From: Bacteroidales bacterium
GTDB taxonomy: Bacteria; Bacteroidota; Bacteroidia; Bacteroidales; Dysgonomonadaceae
Direction of reading: 5' to 3'
Assembly (NCBI GenBank): GCA_012840785.1
Contig: DUVZ01000083.1
Span: forward strand, 1 to 53,675
Length of the DNA: 53,675 nucleotides
Shown here: positions 18,714-29,747 of the stretch, in pieces
Layout: the number at the start of each line of letters is the position of its first letter
Numbering within the stretch: position 1 is the stretch's first letter
Translations under genes and position numbers: made by a program
The notes under the pieces: generated by a model
Told to the model about the DNA's origin: nothing
The model's input: only the letters and a program-made list of their open reading frames with translations
The model's database searches: none

Positions 18714-21257
18714 TCAACGTTGCCAAAGAATAAGATTGGTCTCTAGTGGCACAGATAGTCCTTCGAAACAAGGAATTATGCGTGGTGTATAGTCAGAAGC
18801 TTGTCTTGACGAAGAAACAGCTATTTTATAACAGTATTCTCTGTCTTTGCCCTTTGGTTTTCTTACAAGTTCCATCTCAGCAACAGTTGGCGCATCTCCA
18901 TCTACTCCTTCTGCAAATAGTTGAACCTGCACGGTGTCAGGATTGACTGCTCCAAAATCAACTCTTACATCAAATTCGTGTTGCTCATCAGTCGATTTAA
19001 TAGACACATCTCCAAAACGCATCTCTCCCCAATGTTGATTGAGTGAATTGAGTAAGGTAGATATCTGTTTTCCTACCCTTCCGTTGTTTGCAACTCGTGC
19101 TTGGTATGCTTTTGCAGCTGGCAGATAGTGATTTTCTGTATATTCCCTCACCGTTCTATCGGCAGAGAAGCGAGGCGTTAGTTGAGCCATGCTCTCTCGC
19201 ATTCGTTCTATCCATCGAGTAGGTATTCCTTTTTCATTACGGTCGTAAAACTGCGGAATTACTTCGTTTTCTAATATATCGAATAGCTGCTCAGATTGCA
19301 TTGCATCCCATGCTGGATCGTCGCCATGCTCTTTACCATCGCCAATAGCCCAACCCACCTCAGGTGAATAGGCTTCAGCCCACCAACCATCAAGCTCAGA
19401 TAGGTTGATACCACCATTTACAAGCACTTTCATGCCACTTGTTCCACTAGCTTCCCAGGGACGGCGTGGTGTGTTTATCCACACATCAACACCCTGTACC
19501 AAGTTTTCGGCAACATGCATATCATAATCGCTTAAAAACATAATAGGTGTATGTGCACCGTTGACTCTAATGAAATGTACCCATTGCTTAATTAAGTCTT
19601 GCCCTGGTCCATCGTTTGGATGTGCTTTTCCAGCAATAACCAATTGAACTGGATAAGTAGGATTATTTAGTAATCGAAGCAAGCGTTGTGAGTCGTGTAG
19701 CAATAGGTTGGGTCGCTTGTAAGTAGCAAAACGACGTGCAAAACCAATTGTAAGTACAGTTGGATTGAACAAATGTTTTGCTCTTTCCACTGTTTCTATT
19801 GGCTGATTTGCACCTTCTAGTTGCCTTGCAAAATGTTTGCGAGCAAACATAACAAGTGTTTCATTGGCATTGGTTCTCATTTTCCAAAGCACCTCATCAG
19901 ACACTTTGCGAATATCTGCCAATTGTTTGTTCATACCCAACCAACGGTCCTTTCCACAAGCATTTGTCCATATCTCATCAGCTTCTTTAGAGTCCCATGT
20001 GGGCATGTGCACACCATTGGTTACATGATTTACAGGCACTTCGTTTGTTGGCCAATCTGGGAATAATGGACCAAAAATATCTCTACTAACTTCACCATGA
20101 AGACTACTCACACCATTTATATCGCCACTTCCACGAATAGCCAAGTAAGCCATATTGAAAGGCTCTGAATTGTCGTGAGGGTTTTTACGACCCAATGCCA
20201 ACAATTGGTGCGTACTAATGCCAAGTTTTTTCTCTGCATACTCACCTAAATACTGCTCTACAAGTTGTGGTGGGAACAGATCGAAACCGGCAGGAACAGC
20301 AGTATGTGTAGTAAACAGGTTTCCTGCTCTTGTAGCAGTGAGAGCCACATCGAAGGGTTGTCCTGATTTTTCCATAAAACTGCGTGCACGTTCCAAAATA
20401 GCCATTGCTGCATGCCCTTCGTTAAGGTGACATACTTCTGGATCAATACCAAGCTCCTCCAACAAGCGCCATCCAGCAATACCCAATATCATTTCTTGTT
20501 TAAACCTCAACTCAGTGCCACCACCATACAGCTCGCTAGTTATACCTCTGTCTACTGGAAAATTTCCAAGATCGTTGCTATCCAACAGGTATAGCTTTAC
20601 CCTTCCGGCAGATGCCTCCCAAACTCTTACCCACTGAGGGAAACCAGGTAGATTAAACTCCAATCGCATCCACTCTCCATTTTCTCTGCGCAAAGGGGTA
20701 ATGGGCAGTTGTCCTGGATCGTTGTAAGGATAAAGGGCTAATTGATTACCATAGGAATCAATTTTCTGACGGAAGTACCCTTGTTGGTATAGCAATCCTA
20801 CACCAACAACCGGAACACCCAAATCGCTTGCTGTTTTCAGTTGATCACCAGCCACATTGCCTAATCCACCTGAATAGATTGGTAACGCCTCGGTCATCAT
20901 AAACTCCATACAGAAGTAGGCAATGCCATTAATTTTAGATTTGGGGTGTGTTTTCTGAAACCAAGCTGGAGATTCATTGCTTTCCCTTCTTGATTTTACG
21001 AGTGATTCTACCTTCTTACGAAACTCGGTATCTTCACGCAGTTCTTTAAAGCGTTCTAAAGAAACAGTTTGTATTACTGCCCATGGGTTTTGTGTCAAAT
21101 CCCATAATTCAGGGTCTAACTGCCGCCACACTTCGTCAGCCGAGTGATCCCACGACCATCTTAAATCAAGTGCAAGCTCAAAAAGTGCTTTTGCTTCATT
21201 AAGTTTGGTTGGTAGTTCACTGTAGATAGGTTTTTTAAATTTCTTGTCTTCTTCCAT
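18714..21257 (-). CDS. glgP: Alpha-glucan phosphorylase (GT35, DUF3417-type N-terminus)
   Basis: 847-aa ORF with the N-terminal ..LALDLRWSWDH..WR.LDPELW.. and the PLP-lysine motif EASGTSGMKVLVNGG. Confidence 0.93.
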   Translation of the reverse strand: MEEDKKFKKPIYSELPTKLNEAKALFELALDLRWSWDHSADEVWRQLDPELWDLTQNPWAVIQTVSLERFKELREDTEFRKKVESLVKSRRESNESPAWFQKTHPKSKINGIAYFCMEFMMTEALPIYSGGLGNVAGDQLKTASDLGVPVVGVGLLYQQGYFRQKIDSYGNQLALYPYNDPGQLPITPLRRENGEWMRLEFNLPGFPQWVRVWEASAGRVKLYLLDSNDLGNFPVDRGITSELYGGGTELRFKQEMILGIAGWRLLEELGIDPEVCHLNEGHAAMAILERARSFMEKSGQPFDVALTATRAGNLFTTHTAVPAGFDLFPPQLVEQYLGEYAEKKLGISTHQLLALGRKNPHDNSEPFNMAYLAIRGSGDINGVSSLHGEVSRDIFGPLFPDWPTNEVPVNHVTNGVHMPTWDSKEADEIWTNACGKDRWLGMNKQLADIRKVSDEVLWKMRTNANETLVMFARKHFARQLEGANQPIETVERAKHLFNPTVLTIGFARRFATYKRPNLLLHDSQRLLRLLNNPTYPVQLVIAGKAHPNDGPGQDLIKQWVHFIRVNGAHTPIMFLSDYDMHVAENLVQGVDVWINTPRRPWEASGTSGMKVLVNGGINLSELDGWWAEAYSPEVGWAIGDGKEHGDDPAWDAMQSEQLFDILENEVIPQFYDRNEKGIPTRWIERMRESMAQLTPRFSADRTVREYTENHYLPAAKAYQARVANNGRVGKQISTLLNSLNQHWGEMRFGDVSIKSTDEQHEFDVRVDFGAVNPDTVQVQLFAEGVDGDAPTVAEMELVRKPKGKDREYCYKIAVSSSRQASDYTPRIIPCFEGLSVPLETNLILWQR

Positions 21258-21442
21258 ATTATTAGTGTTTTAAAGGCTTATCAATTGTATATAAGTTATT
21301 TAGCATATCCTATAAGATAGTAATTTAACAAGCCAATTCAAAATATTTTAACTATAACATAGATAAAAAACTATATATAAATTGGGTGAAGGTAACAACA
21401 AAGATGATAAAAGCACGCTATTTGGATGAAGCAAACCATATA

Positions 21443-22684
21443 CTATTCAAACAGTTGCATCCTTGCCCATTTAATATATTGCTCCCAATCATATTCTGTA
21501 ACATCGTGTTTGCCTTTGCGTATATGATATGCAAGTCTGTTTTGTATGGGTTGGTTAACAGACAGCATATCAATGCTATCTACACCTTTTTTGTTGTATA
21601 AACGATAAACCGAAGTAGCATAATATGCTGAAAGATATTCTCCACGTGGATCTGCCCATCTGTCTTCTTCGGCACTAGCTACGTACAATGGGCGTGGTGC
21701 TATTAAAGCCAGCAACTCATGCTGATCTACTGGCAGTTGCTCTTCATTATTACTGTAGGTTTTGAAATTATTGCAAAACCAGTGAGGAAATCTATGGTTG
21801 ATTCGTCCTATTGTTTCTCCATACTTGCGCTTTGAGAGTGCTGCACCACCACAGCCAGAGTTGTTTGAGATAACTGCTGCAAAGCGTTGGTCGGTAGCAC
21901 TAGCCCACAACGATGTTTTACCCAATCGAGAATGTCCAAACAACACAACTTTTGTTGCATCTATATCTAAATCTTTTTCAAGATAATCCATAACACGGCT
22001 CAACCCCCAACTCCAAGCTGCAATACTGCCCCACTCATCACTTTTAGGGCGTTGTTGATGGCGAGTGTATAAAAGGGGGTGAATGCCATCGGTCATATCA
22101 TTTTTATCGGGGTCGATCTCTCCATAAAATAGGGTTGCTAATCCAAAACCTGCATCAATAACTGATTCTACTTGCCATCGACTTGCACACACTCCCCGTG
22201 AATGCTCATCAAGTCTATTGTTTGTAATGCCTAGAGATTCGTTATTTACTGTCCAAGCATCTGATATAATTATTTTGGAGTCATTGGTTACAGTATGATT
22301 TCCATAAAAGTTATATCCCATAAAAACTGGAGCTCTACTCACATTTTTAGGCAGATATATCAATATATTGAAAGAGAGAGTCCGTTTGTTTTTCTTAAAT
22401 ATAAGCTCAACTTGTTTTCGTTTTGCCTTCCCCTCAATAGCGCTGTTGCTTTGCTCTACAATTCTAAATGAAGAGAATTTTAATTCACCTGGCACTTTGC
22501 CATACACATTGTGTGTAAAGAAATCGAGCAGTTCTGGACGACGTCTGCCTTCCCACTCTTCAATTGTATTGACCCTTTCGCCACAAAACATTTCTAAAGG
22601 GTTGGGAACTTTAAAGATAGGAACTTTATCTTCATCGTAATTTGGCTCAAACGTATCAATTGGTTGTTTAATCATAACTTTCAA
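21443..22684 (-). CDS. CE15-like glucuronoyl esterase / alpha-beta hydrolase
   Basis: 413-aa ORF with the nucleophile motif GHSRLGKTSLWA, an N-terminal ..YDEDKVP.F.VPNPL....G..V.T..EWE.RRRPELL.FF pattern and ..PHWFC.. near the C-terminus, as in bacterial CE15 enzymes. Confidence 0.65.
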   Translation of the reverse strand: MKVMIKQPIDTFEPNYDEDKVPIFKVPNPLEMFCGERVNTIEEWEGRRRPELLDFFTHNVYGKVPGELKFSSFRIVEQSNSAIEGKAKRKQVELIFKKNKRTLSFNILIYLPKNVSRAPVFMGYNFYGNHTVTNDSKIIISDAWTVNNESLGITNNRLDEHSRGVCASRWQVESVIDAGFGLATLFYGEIDPDKNDMTDGIHPLLYTRHQQRPKSDEWGSIAAWSWGLSRVMDYLEKDLDIDATKVVLFGHSRLGKTSLWASATDQRFAAVISNNSGCGGAALSKRKYGETIGRINHRFPHWFCNNFKTYSNNEEQLPVDQHELLALIAPRPLYVASAEEDRWADPRGEYLSAYYATSVYRLYNKKGVDSIDMLSVNQPIQNRLAYHIRKGKHDVTEYDWEQYIKWARMQLFE

Positions 22685-22720
22685 TTAAAAAATGAGATGT
22701 TTTTTTCAGTAATGCATTAT

Positions 22721-22759
22721 AAAAAAGGTGGGTTGACTTATATTATTAAATCAACCCAC
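22721..22759 (-). terminator. Rho-independent terminator ending the dcw-yqeY transcription unit
   Basis: On the minus strand, gtgggttga-N14-tcaacccac (9-bp stem) is followed by cttttttat. Confidence 0.75.
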
Positions 22760-22798
22760 TCACCATTCATTTTTTTAAACTATAAAACTTTCAGCTTC

Positions 22799-23248
22799 TT
22801 ATGACAGCATTTTCTTTACAGTATCGGCAATAGCACGTCCCTCAGCCTTACCTGCAAGAGCTTTTGTAGCTGCTCCCATCACCTTTCCCATATTTTTAAG
22901 CGATGTAGCTCCTGCTTGCTCTATTATATCACCAATAGCTTTTTCTAGCTCATCTTGTGTAAGTTGCTCTGGCAAATAGGACTGCAACACTTCAACCTCC
23001 TTTAATTCTTGCTGCGCTAGTTCCTCACGATTCTGCTCTTCGTATATAGCAGCACTATCCTTGCGTTGTTTCACCATACGTTGCAAAATGGCAACAGACT
23101 GCTCTTCTGTCAACTCACCGGATGCTCCTTTAGCAGTTATGCTTTCCATAAAAGCAGTTTTTACACTTCTAAGTGTCTCTAGTTGCACTTTATCTTTTGC
23201 CATCATGGCTTTTTTTATCTCTTGATCTATTGTTTTGTATAAACTCAT
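22799..23248 (-). CDS. yqeY: GatB/YqeY domain protein
   Basis: 149-aa ORF with ..IKKAMMAKDKV.LETLRSVKTAF.. and ..YLPEQLT.DEL...I..II.. typical of YqeY. It lies 27 nt downstream of ftsZ. Confidence 0.9.
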   Translation of the reverse strand: MSLYKTIDQEIKKAMMAKDKVQLETLRSVKTAFMESITAKGASGELTEEQSVAILQRMVKQRKDSAAIYEEQNREELAQQELKEVEVLQSYLPEQLTQDELEKAIGDIIEQAGATSLKNMGKVMGAATKALAGKAEGRAIADTVKKMLS

Positions 23249-23275
23249 TGTTATAATTATTTATTATTATAAATT

Positions 23276-24589
23276 TTACTCATCAAAAAGAGAAGACGTA
23301 GAGGAAGAAGATGATGTAGACGACTCACTGCGACTTGCACGAGGATTGAAATCTGATGTTCTGCTATAGACAGGGTTTTTCTCTAATGTTTCAATAATTT
23401 TATCGTCACAAAGCTCTTCTATAGTTAAAACAAATGTTTCTGGTTTGATATTAATTAAACCATCTGAACCGTAATACTTCTTTATCAACGCCTCTTCTTT
23501 TTGTCTCTTCTCACTATCTCTTTTCTTCTGTTCTTGAAGTTCTTTTTCTTTTATCTCTCTTTTCTCTTCTTCTGCCTTAGAGTCTGCTGTATGTTTATCT
23601 ATCATACCTGGCACGTCGCTAACATTGAAGCCTGTAGCAAGTAATGTTATTTTAATATCCTCACCTAAATCTTCCTCAACAGCTGCTCCCCATATAACCT
23701 CAATATCAGACCCAAACTTTGACATAAAATCGTGAAATGCGTTCATCTCCTCCATCATCAAAGGGGCAGTTTCGCTATATGAAATATTTACCAATATTTT
23801 CTTGGCACTAAACACATCGTTATTGTTGAGCAAAGGTGAGTTTAAGGCATCTTCAATAGCGGTGCTAATTCTGTCTTCTCCATTGCCTAGTCCCCTACTC
23901 ATAATAGCTACTCCACCCTCTTTCAGTGTAGTATTAACATCGGCAAAGTCAAGATTTACATGACCATGTATGGTGATAATCTCAGCAATACTCTTTGCAG
24001 CAATAGCCAATGTATCATCTGCTTTTGCAAAAGCATTCATAATAGTTAAATCAGAATAGATATCACGCAGTCGTTCGTTGTTGATAACTAATAGTGCGTC
24101 TACATTTTTAGCAATTTCTTCTACTCCTCTTAATGCTTGCAATATTTTTGGAGGTCCTTCAAATCTAAATGGAATAGTAACTATACCAATGGTTAAGATA
24201 TTCATCTCTTTTGCAATACGAGCTATAACAGGTGCAGCTCCTGTGCCTGTACCACCGCCCATACCTGCAGTGATAAACACCATGCGCGTGCCATCGCTAA
24301 ACAGCTCCTTAATATGGTTGATGCTCTCCTCTGCAGCTTCTCGTGCAATTTCAGGTTTATTGCCTGCACCCAGTCCTCCAGTTGTCTTCTGCCCAAGCTG
24401 TATTTTCACTGGAACAGGAGATGTTGACAGCGCTTGATTGTCGGTATTACACAAAGCGAAAGAGACATCATGAATTCCCTCATGAAACATGTGATTGACA
24501 GCATTGCTACCACCTCCACCTACTCCAACCACCTTAATTATTGCCTGTGTGTGATTCTTTAAATCAAATTGTAAAATATCTTCGTCCAT
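23276..24589 (-). CDS. ftsZ: Cell division GTPase FtsZ
   Basis: Tubulin signature GGGTGTGAAPVIA, NTDNQAL, and a long acidic/basic linker with a Ser-rich tail ending LFDE. Confidence 0.98.
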   Translation of the reverse strand: MDEDILQFDLKNHTQAIIKVVGVGGGGSNAVNHMFHEGIHDVSFALCNTDNQALSTSPVPVKIQLGQKTTGGLGAGNKPEIAREAAEESINHIKELFSDGTRMVFITAGMGGGTGTGAAPVIARIAKEMNILTIGIVTIPFRFEGPPKILQALRGVEEIAKNVDALLVINNERLRDIYSDLTIMNAFAKADDTLAIAAKSIAEIITIHGHVNLDFADVNTTLKEGGVAIMSRGLGNGEDRISTAIEDALNSPLLNNNDVFSAKKILVNISYSETAPLMMEEMNAFHDFMSKFGSDIEVIWGAAVEEDLGEDIKITLLATGFNVSDVPGMIDKHTADSKAEEEKREIKEKELQEQKKRDSEKRQKEEALIKKYYGSDGLINIKPETFVLTIEELCDDKIIETLEKNPVYSRTSDFNPRASRSESSTSSSSSTSSLFDE

Positions 24590-24635
24590 TGTTATTCTCT
24601 ATATAATTAAACTACAGCTTTTGTGCCACTTAAAA

Positions 24636-25961
24636 CTAATTATCATCTTCATCAAACATTCCAGCAAACAGCCCACCTAGTCCACCAAACATATCCTTTA
24701 TCTTATCACCTGCATTTCTCTTGCTAGATGGTTCTGATTTTATTTTCTTTCGCTTATCCAATTTACCTTCAACGCTTTCACCAACTGGTTCTTTGATAAC
24801 CTCTTCTTCGCAATTAACTTTTCCATACAACAACAGTCCGAGTGCTTGCGTATATGATGGGTCGTTTGCCAATTCAGGAAAATTATTTATGTAGGTTCTC
24901 TTGGCTGAAGCCTTTCTTACAGACATCCCAAGTTTTGCCTCTAAGTATAGATCTAAGTTCTTTAACTGAGAAGCACCACCCGTTATTATCAAACCTGCCC
25001 CCAGTTTATCTTTATAACCCGAATAATTAATTTGCGCCTCTATATTTTCAACTATCTCTTGAACACGCATCTCAATAACATGCACTAATTTAGAAAAATC
25101 AAGGTTTTTATCAGTTGTTTTCTCAGTTGATGATTTGGATAAACTTGTGTCCTTTGGTTCGCTTATCTTACCATATATTATTTTATGCTCTTCGGCATCT
25201 TTCTCAACAAGGTTGAGTTCGGAAATATCTTTTGTAATAGTAGCTCCACCAAATGGTATTACTACCATATGACGCAACTTTCCTTCTTTAAAGATTGATA
25301 CTGAAGTGCTACCTGCACCAAAATCGATAAATGCACAACCCAACTCTTTCTCATCTTCATTTAATGCAATGTTTGCTGATGCCAACGGACCTACAACATA
25401 CCCTGCAATCTCTATACCACTATTCTCCTTTATGCTTTTATCTATATTGGTAACGATATTTGGTCTGCCTACAATCATCTGATAGTTTGCTTCTATAGCC
25501 TCTGTAGTAACACCCACTGGTTTCGACTCAGCTTTTCCATTAATAATATATTCAACGTCGACAATATTGTACAACTCGCTCATATCTGGCTTAAACTCTC
25601 TTGCCTCTTTATGCATTTGCTCAATCACATTATCGGTTACAATTCCGGTTGATGACAACTGTTTGCTTACAGTATGTTGAATGGTGTGTAAAGACTGCCC
25701 AGCTACCGAAACATATACCTTGGCTATTTTACCTCCCAAGTTGTTTGTAATTAGTTTGTTTTCGAGCTTGCTAATCACTTTTCTAACATTGGCATTTGTC
25801 TCTTTTATATTATATACCAAGCCTCGCCTAATGCTGTTACCAGATTTGGTTGTTTCGCATGCCAAAACCGAGATAACATTATCATCATTTTTACGCGCAA
25901 CAATACCTGTAATCTTCGATGTACCTAAGTCGATGGCTGCTATAAATCCTGATTCTATCAT
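24636..25961 (-). CDS. ftsA: Cell division protein FtsA
   Basis: Actin-like ATPase pattern (AAIDLGTSKITG.., IDFGAGSTSVS, ITGGASQLKNL) immediately upstream of ftsZ. Confidence 0.95.
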   Translation of the reverse strand: MIESGFIAAIDLGTSKITGIVARKNDDNVISVLACETTKSGNSIRRGLVYNIKETNANVRKVISKLENKLITNNLGGKIAKVYVSVAGQSLHTIQHTVSKQLSSTGIVTDNVIEQMHKEAREFKPDMSELYNIVDVEYIINGKAESKPVGVTTEAIEANYQMIVGRPNIVTNIDKSIKENSGIEIAGYVVGPLASANIALNEDEKELGCAFIDFGAGSTSVSIFKEGKLRHMVVIPFGGATITKDISELNLVEKDAEEHKIIYGKISEPKDTSLSKSSTEKTTDKNLDFSKLVHVIEMRVQEIVENIEAQINYSGYKDKLGAGLIITGGASQLKNLDLYLEAKLGMSVRKASAKRTYINNFPELANDPSYTQALGLLLYGKVNCEEEVIKEPVGESVEGKLDKRKKIKSEPSSKRNAGDKIKDMFGGLGGLFAGMFDEDDN

Positions 25962-26105
25962 TGTATGTATTGTGTTTGAACTATTATTTGCTATTTAAAC
26001 AAGTAATTGTTGTTTCTGTTTACTATTCTTATAAAGATAAGCAAAGTTGTCTTTGTCTGCTATACTGTAGTGAGAAATTAAAAAAAATGTCTACACTCAT
26101 CACGG

Positions 26106-26113
26106 CAAATATA
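26106..26113 (-). promoter_or_regulatory. Candidate internal -7 element (TATATTTG) in the ftsQ-ftsA spacer
   Basis: Exact TAnnTTTG match on the minus strand, about 145 nt upstream of the ftsA ATG, inside an unusually long (183 bp) intra-operon gap. Confidence 0.35.
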
Positions 26114-26144
26114 AACTATAAAAACGCAAGCTTAATTTGCTTAG

Positions 26145-26876
26145 CTATTGCTTCAAAGTGCAAACTACTTGATTGTTATACTCTAAATTGACTTCCGAAT
26201 ATCTATTCCAGCCTACAGTATTTAATCCTTTGTCTATGAAAAGCTTCAACTTATCGAGCTTTTCCTTGTAATTATCCAAAGAGCCCAGTGTAACTTTAAA
26301 GTCACCTGCACGAGGAACTAGCTGTACTTTATTGTTGTTAACAACAATCTGCTCTATCCACGCATCCCAATAAGACTTATCGGAAATATACATTACAAAG
26401 TCGTATAGTTCGTTTTTTGCAAACTCTTCTGTAATGTCTCCTATTGCCAATGGCAAATAAACTGTATAGTTTAAAGATGTTGGCATGCGTTCACGCTCAG
26501 AATCTATGTAGTAACTTCCATCCCTATTGGATATAACTCGCAACACAGGGTTGCGCTGATAAATACTTGCTACAAGACTCCCCTTGTGTGTTGTATATAC
26601 ATCTACTGTTCTTACAAGTTTGTTTGCCCGTATTGCCTCTTCCATTTCCATGGTGTTTATCTCAGCCAGGGGCTTTCCAAGAGGATGCAAGTTTGCTTTC
26701 TTAAGAAGCTGTTCTATATCTTCTGTTTGTATGAATTGCTTGTTGATACTATCCTTTACCAAAACTTTAAAGTTTTCGCACACTTTCTCGCGTGTGTTAT
26801 CTTTGAAATATAAAGCTGCAAATACTAAATATCCCAATAATACAAGAATAGCAAATACTAACAAAAATCTCTTCAT
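26145..26876 (-). CDS. ftsQ: Cell division protein FtsQ/DivIB
   Basis: 243-aa bitopic protein with an N-terminal TM helix followed by a POTRA-like region. It lies between murC and ftsA. Confidence 0.85.
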   Translation of the reverse strand: MKRFLLVFAILVLLGYLVFAALYFKDNTREKVCENFKVLVKDSINKQFIQTEDIEQLLKKANLHPLGKPLAEINTMEMEEAIRANKLVRTVDVYTTHKGSLVASIYQRNPVLRVISNRDGSYYIDSERERMPTSLNYTVYLPLAIGDITEEFAKNELYDFVMYISDKSYWDAWIEQIVVNNNKVQLVPRAGDFKVTLGSLDNYKEKLDKLKLFIDKGLNTVGWNRYSEVNLEYNNQVVCTLKQ

Positions 26877-26965
26877 CTTAATTGGATAAATTCATACAAA
26901 TATACTTGTTCTATCTATAAGTAAAAATTGCAATTCAATAAATTACCTGTTTATTGTCAACATTT

Positions 26966-28390
26966 CTAATTATTTGCACAAAGTTTTTCTATTTCAGGCA
27001 ATAATGTTTCAATATCTCCTGCACCAATTGTTACTACTACTTCGCGCTGTTTCTTTTTCAACAAGTCTAACACATCATCTTTACTACACATTGTTTTATT
27101 TTTAATGGTCACCTTGTCAAAGATTATTTGGGATGTTACCCCCTCAATAGGTTCTTCTCGTGCAGGGTATATATCAAGCAATATCAACTCATCTAATAGC
27201 GAAAGACTATCTGCAAAAGCATCTGCAAAATCCCTTGTGCGAGAATAAAGGTGTGGTTGAAAGATACCTGTTATTTTTTTATTATCGTACAGTTTTCTTA
27301 TCGATGAGATAGATGCTTCCACTTCGTCGGGATGATGTGCGTAATCATCAATCAACACCATCTTATCTGTCTTACAGCGAATATCAAACCTTCGTCTTGC
27401 CCCCATGTATCCTAACAAGGCTGACTTTATCTCTTCAGGTTCAACTCCGCTTAACCATGCTGCTGCACCTGCTGCTATAGCATTCTCTACATTTATCAAA
27501 ACTGGCACACCTAGTTCTACATCGTTTATCTTGCCTTTTGGATAAACAAAATCGAACAGTAGTGCTCCGTTGCCTATTCGTATATTCTCTGCATGAAAGT
27601 CACCAGATGATAGCGAATAGCTGTACTGCTTAACAGAAGGATGACATTTTGGTGTAACGGGTATATTTTCTTTCATAATCAGATAACCATCTTCACGGAT
27701 AAGAGAAGTGAATTTCTCAAAACTTTCTCGGTAGTTAGCTGCATTGTGATAGATATCAAGATGGTCGGGGTTAGCAGAAGTGATTATTGCTATCCAAGGG
27801 CTCAACCAATGAAACGAACGATCGTATTCGTCTGCCTCAACTACTGTGATATTACTATTGTCGGATAGAAGTAAGTTGCTTTTATAGTTTTTGAGGATTC
27901 CTCCCAAAAATGCACTGCAGTCAACCTTCGATTGTCGAAGAATGTGAGCAGCCATTGTGCTAACAGTGGTTTTTCCGTGTGTACCAGCACAACAGATAGC
28001 ATTACTGAGCTTTGTAATCTCTCCTAATACTTGTGCACGCTTCATTATTGCAAAGTTATTCTCCTGAAAATAGACCAACTCGGTATGTGTTGATGGCACA
28101 GCTGGTGTATAAACAACCAATGTGGTCTGAGCATCCATAAATTGCTTAGGTACACTTTGAACATCGTCTTTATAGTGAATTGCTGCCCCTTCCTCTTCTA
28201 AAAGCTTGGTGAGCTGAGTGGAAACACGGTCGTATCCAGCAACACCTTTGTTTTTCGACAAGAAAAAGCGAGCCAAATTACTCATGCCTATACCTCCAAT
28301 ACCTATAAAGTAGATATTAGTAAAGTTGTCAATTACAGCTTTTGTATGGCTACGCTGTATGTCTTTGCTACTTGATGTTGCCATTATCAT
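26966..28390 (-). CDS. murC: UDP-N-acetylmuramate--L-alanine ligase
   Basis: FIGIGGIGMSNLA Rossmann motif and GTHGKTTVSTM P-loop. The ATGA start/stop overlaps murG. Confidence 0.96.
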   Translation of the reverse strand: MIMATSSSKDIQRSHTKAVIDNFTNIYFIGIGGIGMSNLARFFLSKNKGVAGYDRVSTQLTKLLEEEGAAIHYKDDVQSVPKQFMDAQTTLVVYTPAVPSTHTELVYFQENNFAIMKRAQVLGEITKLSNAICCAGTHGKTTVSTMAAHILRQSKVDCSAFLGGILKNYKSNLLLSDNSNITVVEADEYDRSFHWLSPWIAIITSANPDHLDIYHNAANYRESFEKFTSLIREDGYLIMKENIPVTPKCHPSVKQYSYSLSSGDFHAENIRIGNGALLFDFVYPKGKINDVELGVPVLINVENAIAAGAAAWLSGVEPEEIKSALLGYMGARRRFDIRCKTDKMVLIDDYAHHPDEVEASISSIRKLYDNKKITGIFQPHLYSRTRDFADAFADSLSLLDELILLDIYPAREEPIEGVTSQIIFDKVTIKNKTMCSKDDVLDLLKKKQREVVVTIGAGDIETLLPEIEKLCANN

Positions 28391-29529
28391 CTATTTTTTA
28401 TATTTACTAATTTTTCTATCTCATCTACAATTCTATCTGCAGAATTGAGCTGTGCATGTTTCAAAATATTGGCGCTTAGCTTGTCTAGTTTATCGGCATC
28501 TTTCACCAATGCGAGAGCAGTTGTGAACAGCTCCTCTTTAGCACTCTTGTCAGGTATAAGTATAGCTGCATTTTTATTTACCAATGCCAATGCATTTTGT
28601 GTTTGATGATCTTCTGCCACATTTGGTGATGGAACTAATATCACCGGCTTGCCCAATAGGCTGAACTCTGAAATAGAGCCTGCTCCAGCACGAGATATAA
28701 CCAAATCTGCAATAGAGTAAGCCAAATCCATACGAGACACAAAATCGCATAGCTTTACATTTGGTGGTATTTTGCCTGCAGTCTCCAACTCTTTCATCTC
28801 ATCATAATAATATTTACCGCATTGCCATAGAATTTGAACATTCTCTTCTTTAATATCATCAAATGAGCTTACAATACTATCATTAAGTGTGCGTGCTCCC
28901 AAGCTTCCACCAACCATTAAAATTGTTTTCTTATCAGGATCGAAATTAAAAAACCTATATCCCTCATCTACTTTTTGAGGAGTTGTCTCTAAATCTTTTC
29001 TGCAAGGGTTGCCAGTAAGTACAATTCTATCTTTTGGGAAGAACTTCTCCATACCTTCGTATGCAACACATATTGTTGAAGCTTTCTTACCAAGCAGTTT
29101 ATTTGTAACTCCTGCATATGAGTTTTGTTCTTGCAACAATGTTGGAATACCTTGAGATGAAGCTGCTCGCAACACTGGTGCACTAGCATAACCGCCAACT
29201 CCAATGACAACATTGGGCTTGAAAGTCTTCACTATTTTTCTTGCACGTCTTAAACTCTTATACAATTTAAAAGCCACCGGAATATTTTTCAATAAATTTT
29301 TTCGTACAAGTCCAGCTACTGGCAATCCTACTATCTCATAACCTGCTGCAGGCACACGCTCCATCTCCATTCTATCTTCTGCACCCACAAACAGTATTGC
29401 TGCTTCGGACCATCTCTCTTTTATAGCATTGGCAATAGATAAAGCAGGAAATATATGCCCTCCTGTTCCACCACCACTAATTATGAAGTGAAGTTGCTCA
29501 GATTGTATTGGAGTAGTTTTTTCTTTCAT
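28387..29529 (-). CDS. murG: UDP-N-acetylglucosamine--N-acetylmuramyl-(pentapeptide) pyrophosphoryl-undecaprenol GlcNAc transferase
   Basis: SGGGTGGHIFPALSIA and ..RAGAGSISE.. motifs. Start set at the ATG at 29529 (MKEKTT..); the 26-codon longer track form is unlikely. Confidence 0.95.
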   Translation of the reverse strand: MKEKTTPIQSEQLHFIISGGGTGGHIFPALSIANAIKERWSEAAILFVGAEDRMEMERVPAAGYEIVGLPVAGLVRKNLLKNIPVAFKLYKSLRRARKIVKTFKPNVVIGVGGYASAPVLRAASSQGIPTLLQEQNSYAGVTNKLLGKKASTICVAYEGMEKFFPKDRIVLTGNPCRKDLETTPQKVDEGYRFFNFDPDKKTILMVGGSLGARTLNDSIVSSFDDIKEENVQILWQCGKYYYDEMKELETAGKIPPNVKLCDFVSRMDLAYSIADLVISRAGAGSISEFSLLGKPVILVPSPNVAEDHQTQNALALVNKNAAILIPDKSAKEELFTTALALVKDADKLDKLSANILKHAQLNSADRIVDEIEKLVNIKNR

Positions 29530-29747
29530 AAAACTATATTTAGTTATGTTGTTTACTGTAGGTAAATATTTATAAGTAAAAATAACTAATGTGCCTGTTT
29601 TTATCAATTAAGCAACAGTCTATTATCTTCACTTTGCAGACCTTGCAACCTTTAGGCTATAATAAACATGCACTTAATCCTCTTGAATTAGAGAACTCAT
29701 TGTTAAACATTTTCTCTCCTGCTTGTTAAACTCTAAGATATCGTGCT

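Noticed and set aside
25961-26191. 76-aa plus-strand ORF in the ftsA-ftsQ spacer, and similar 60-150-aa ORFs overlapping dcw genes on the opposite strand
   Set aside because: They are AT-rich and low-complexity, and they overlap well-supported genes or their ends. They have no motifs and no plausible promoter context.
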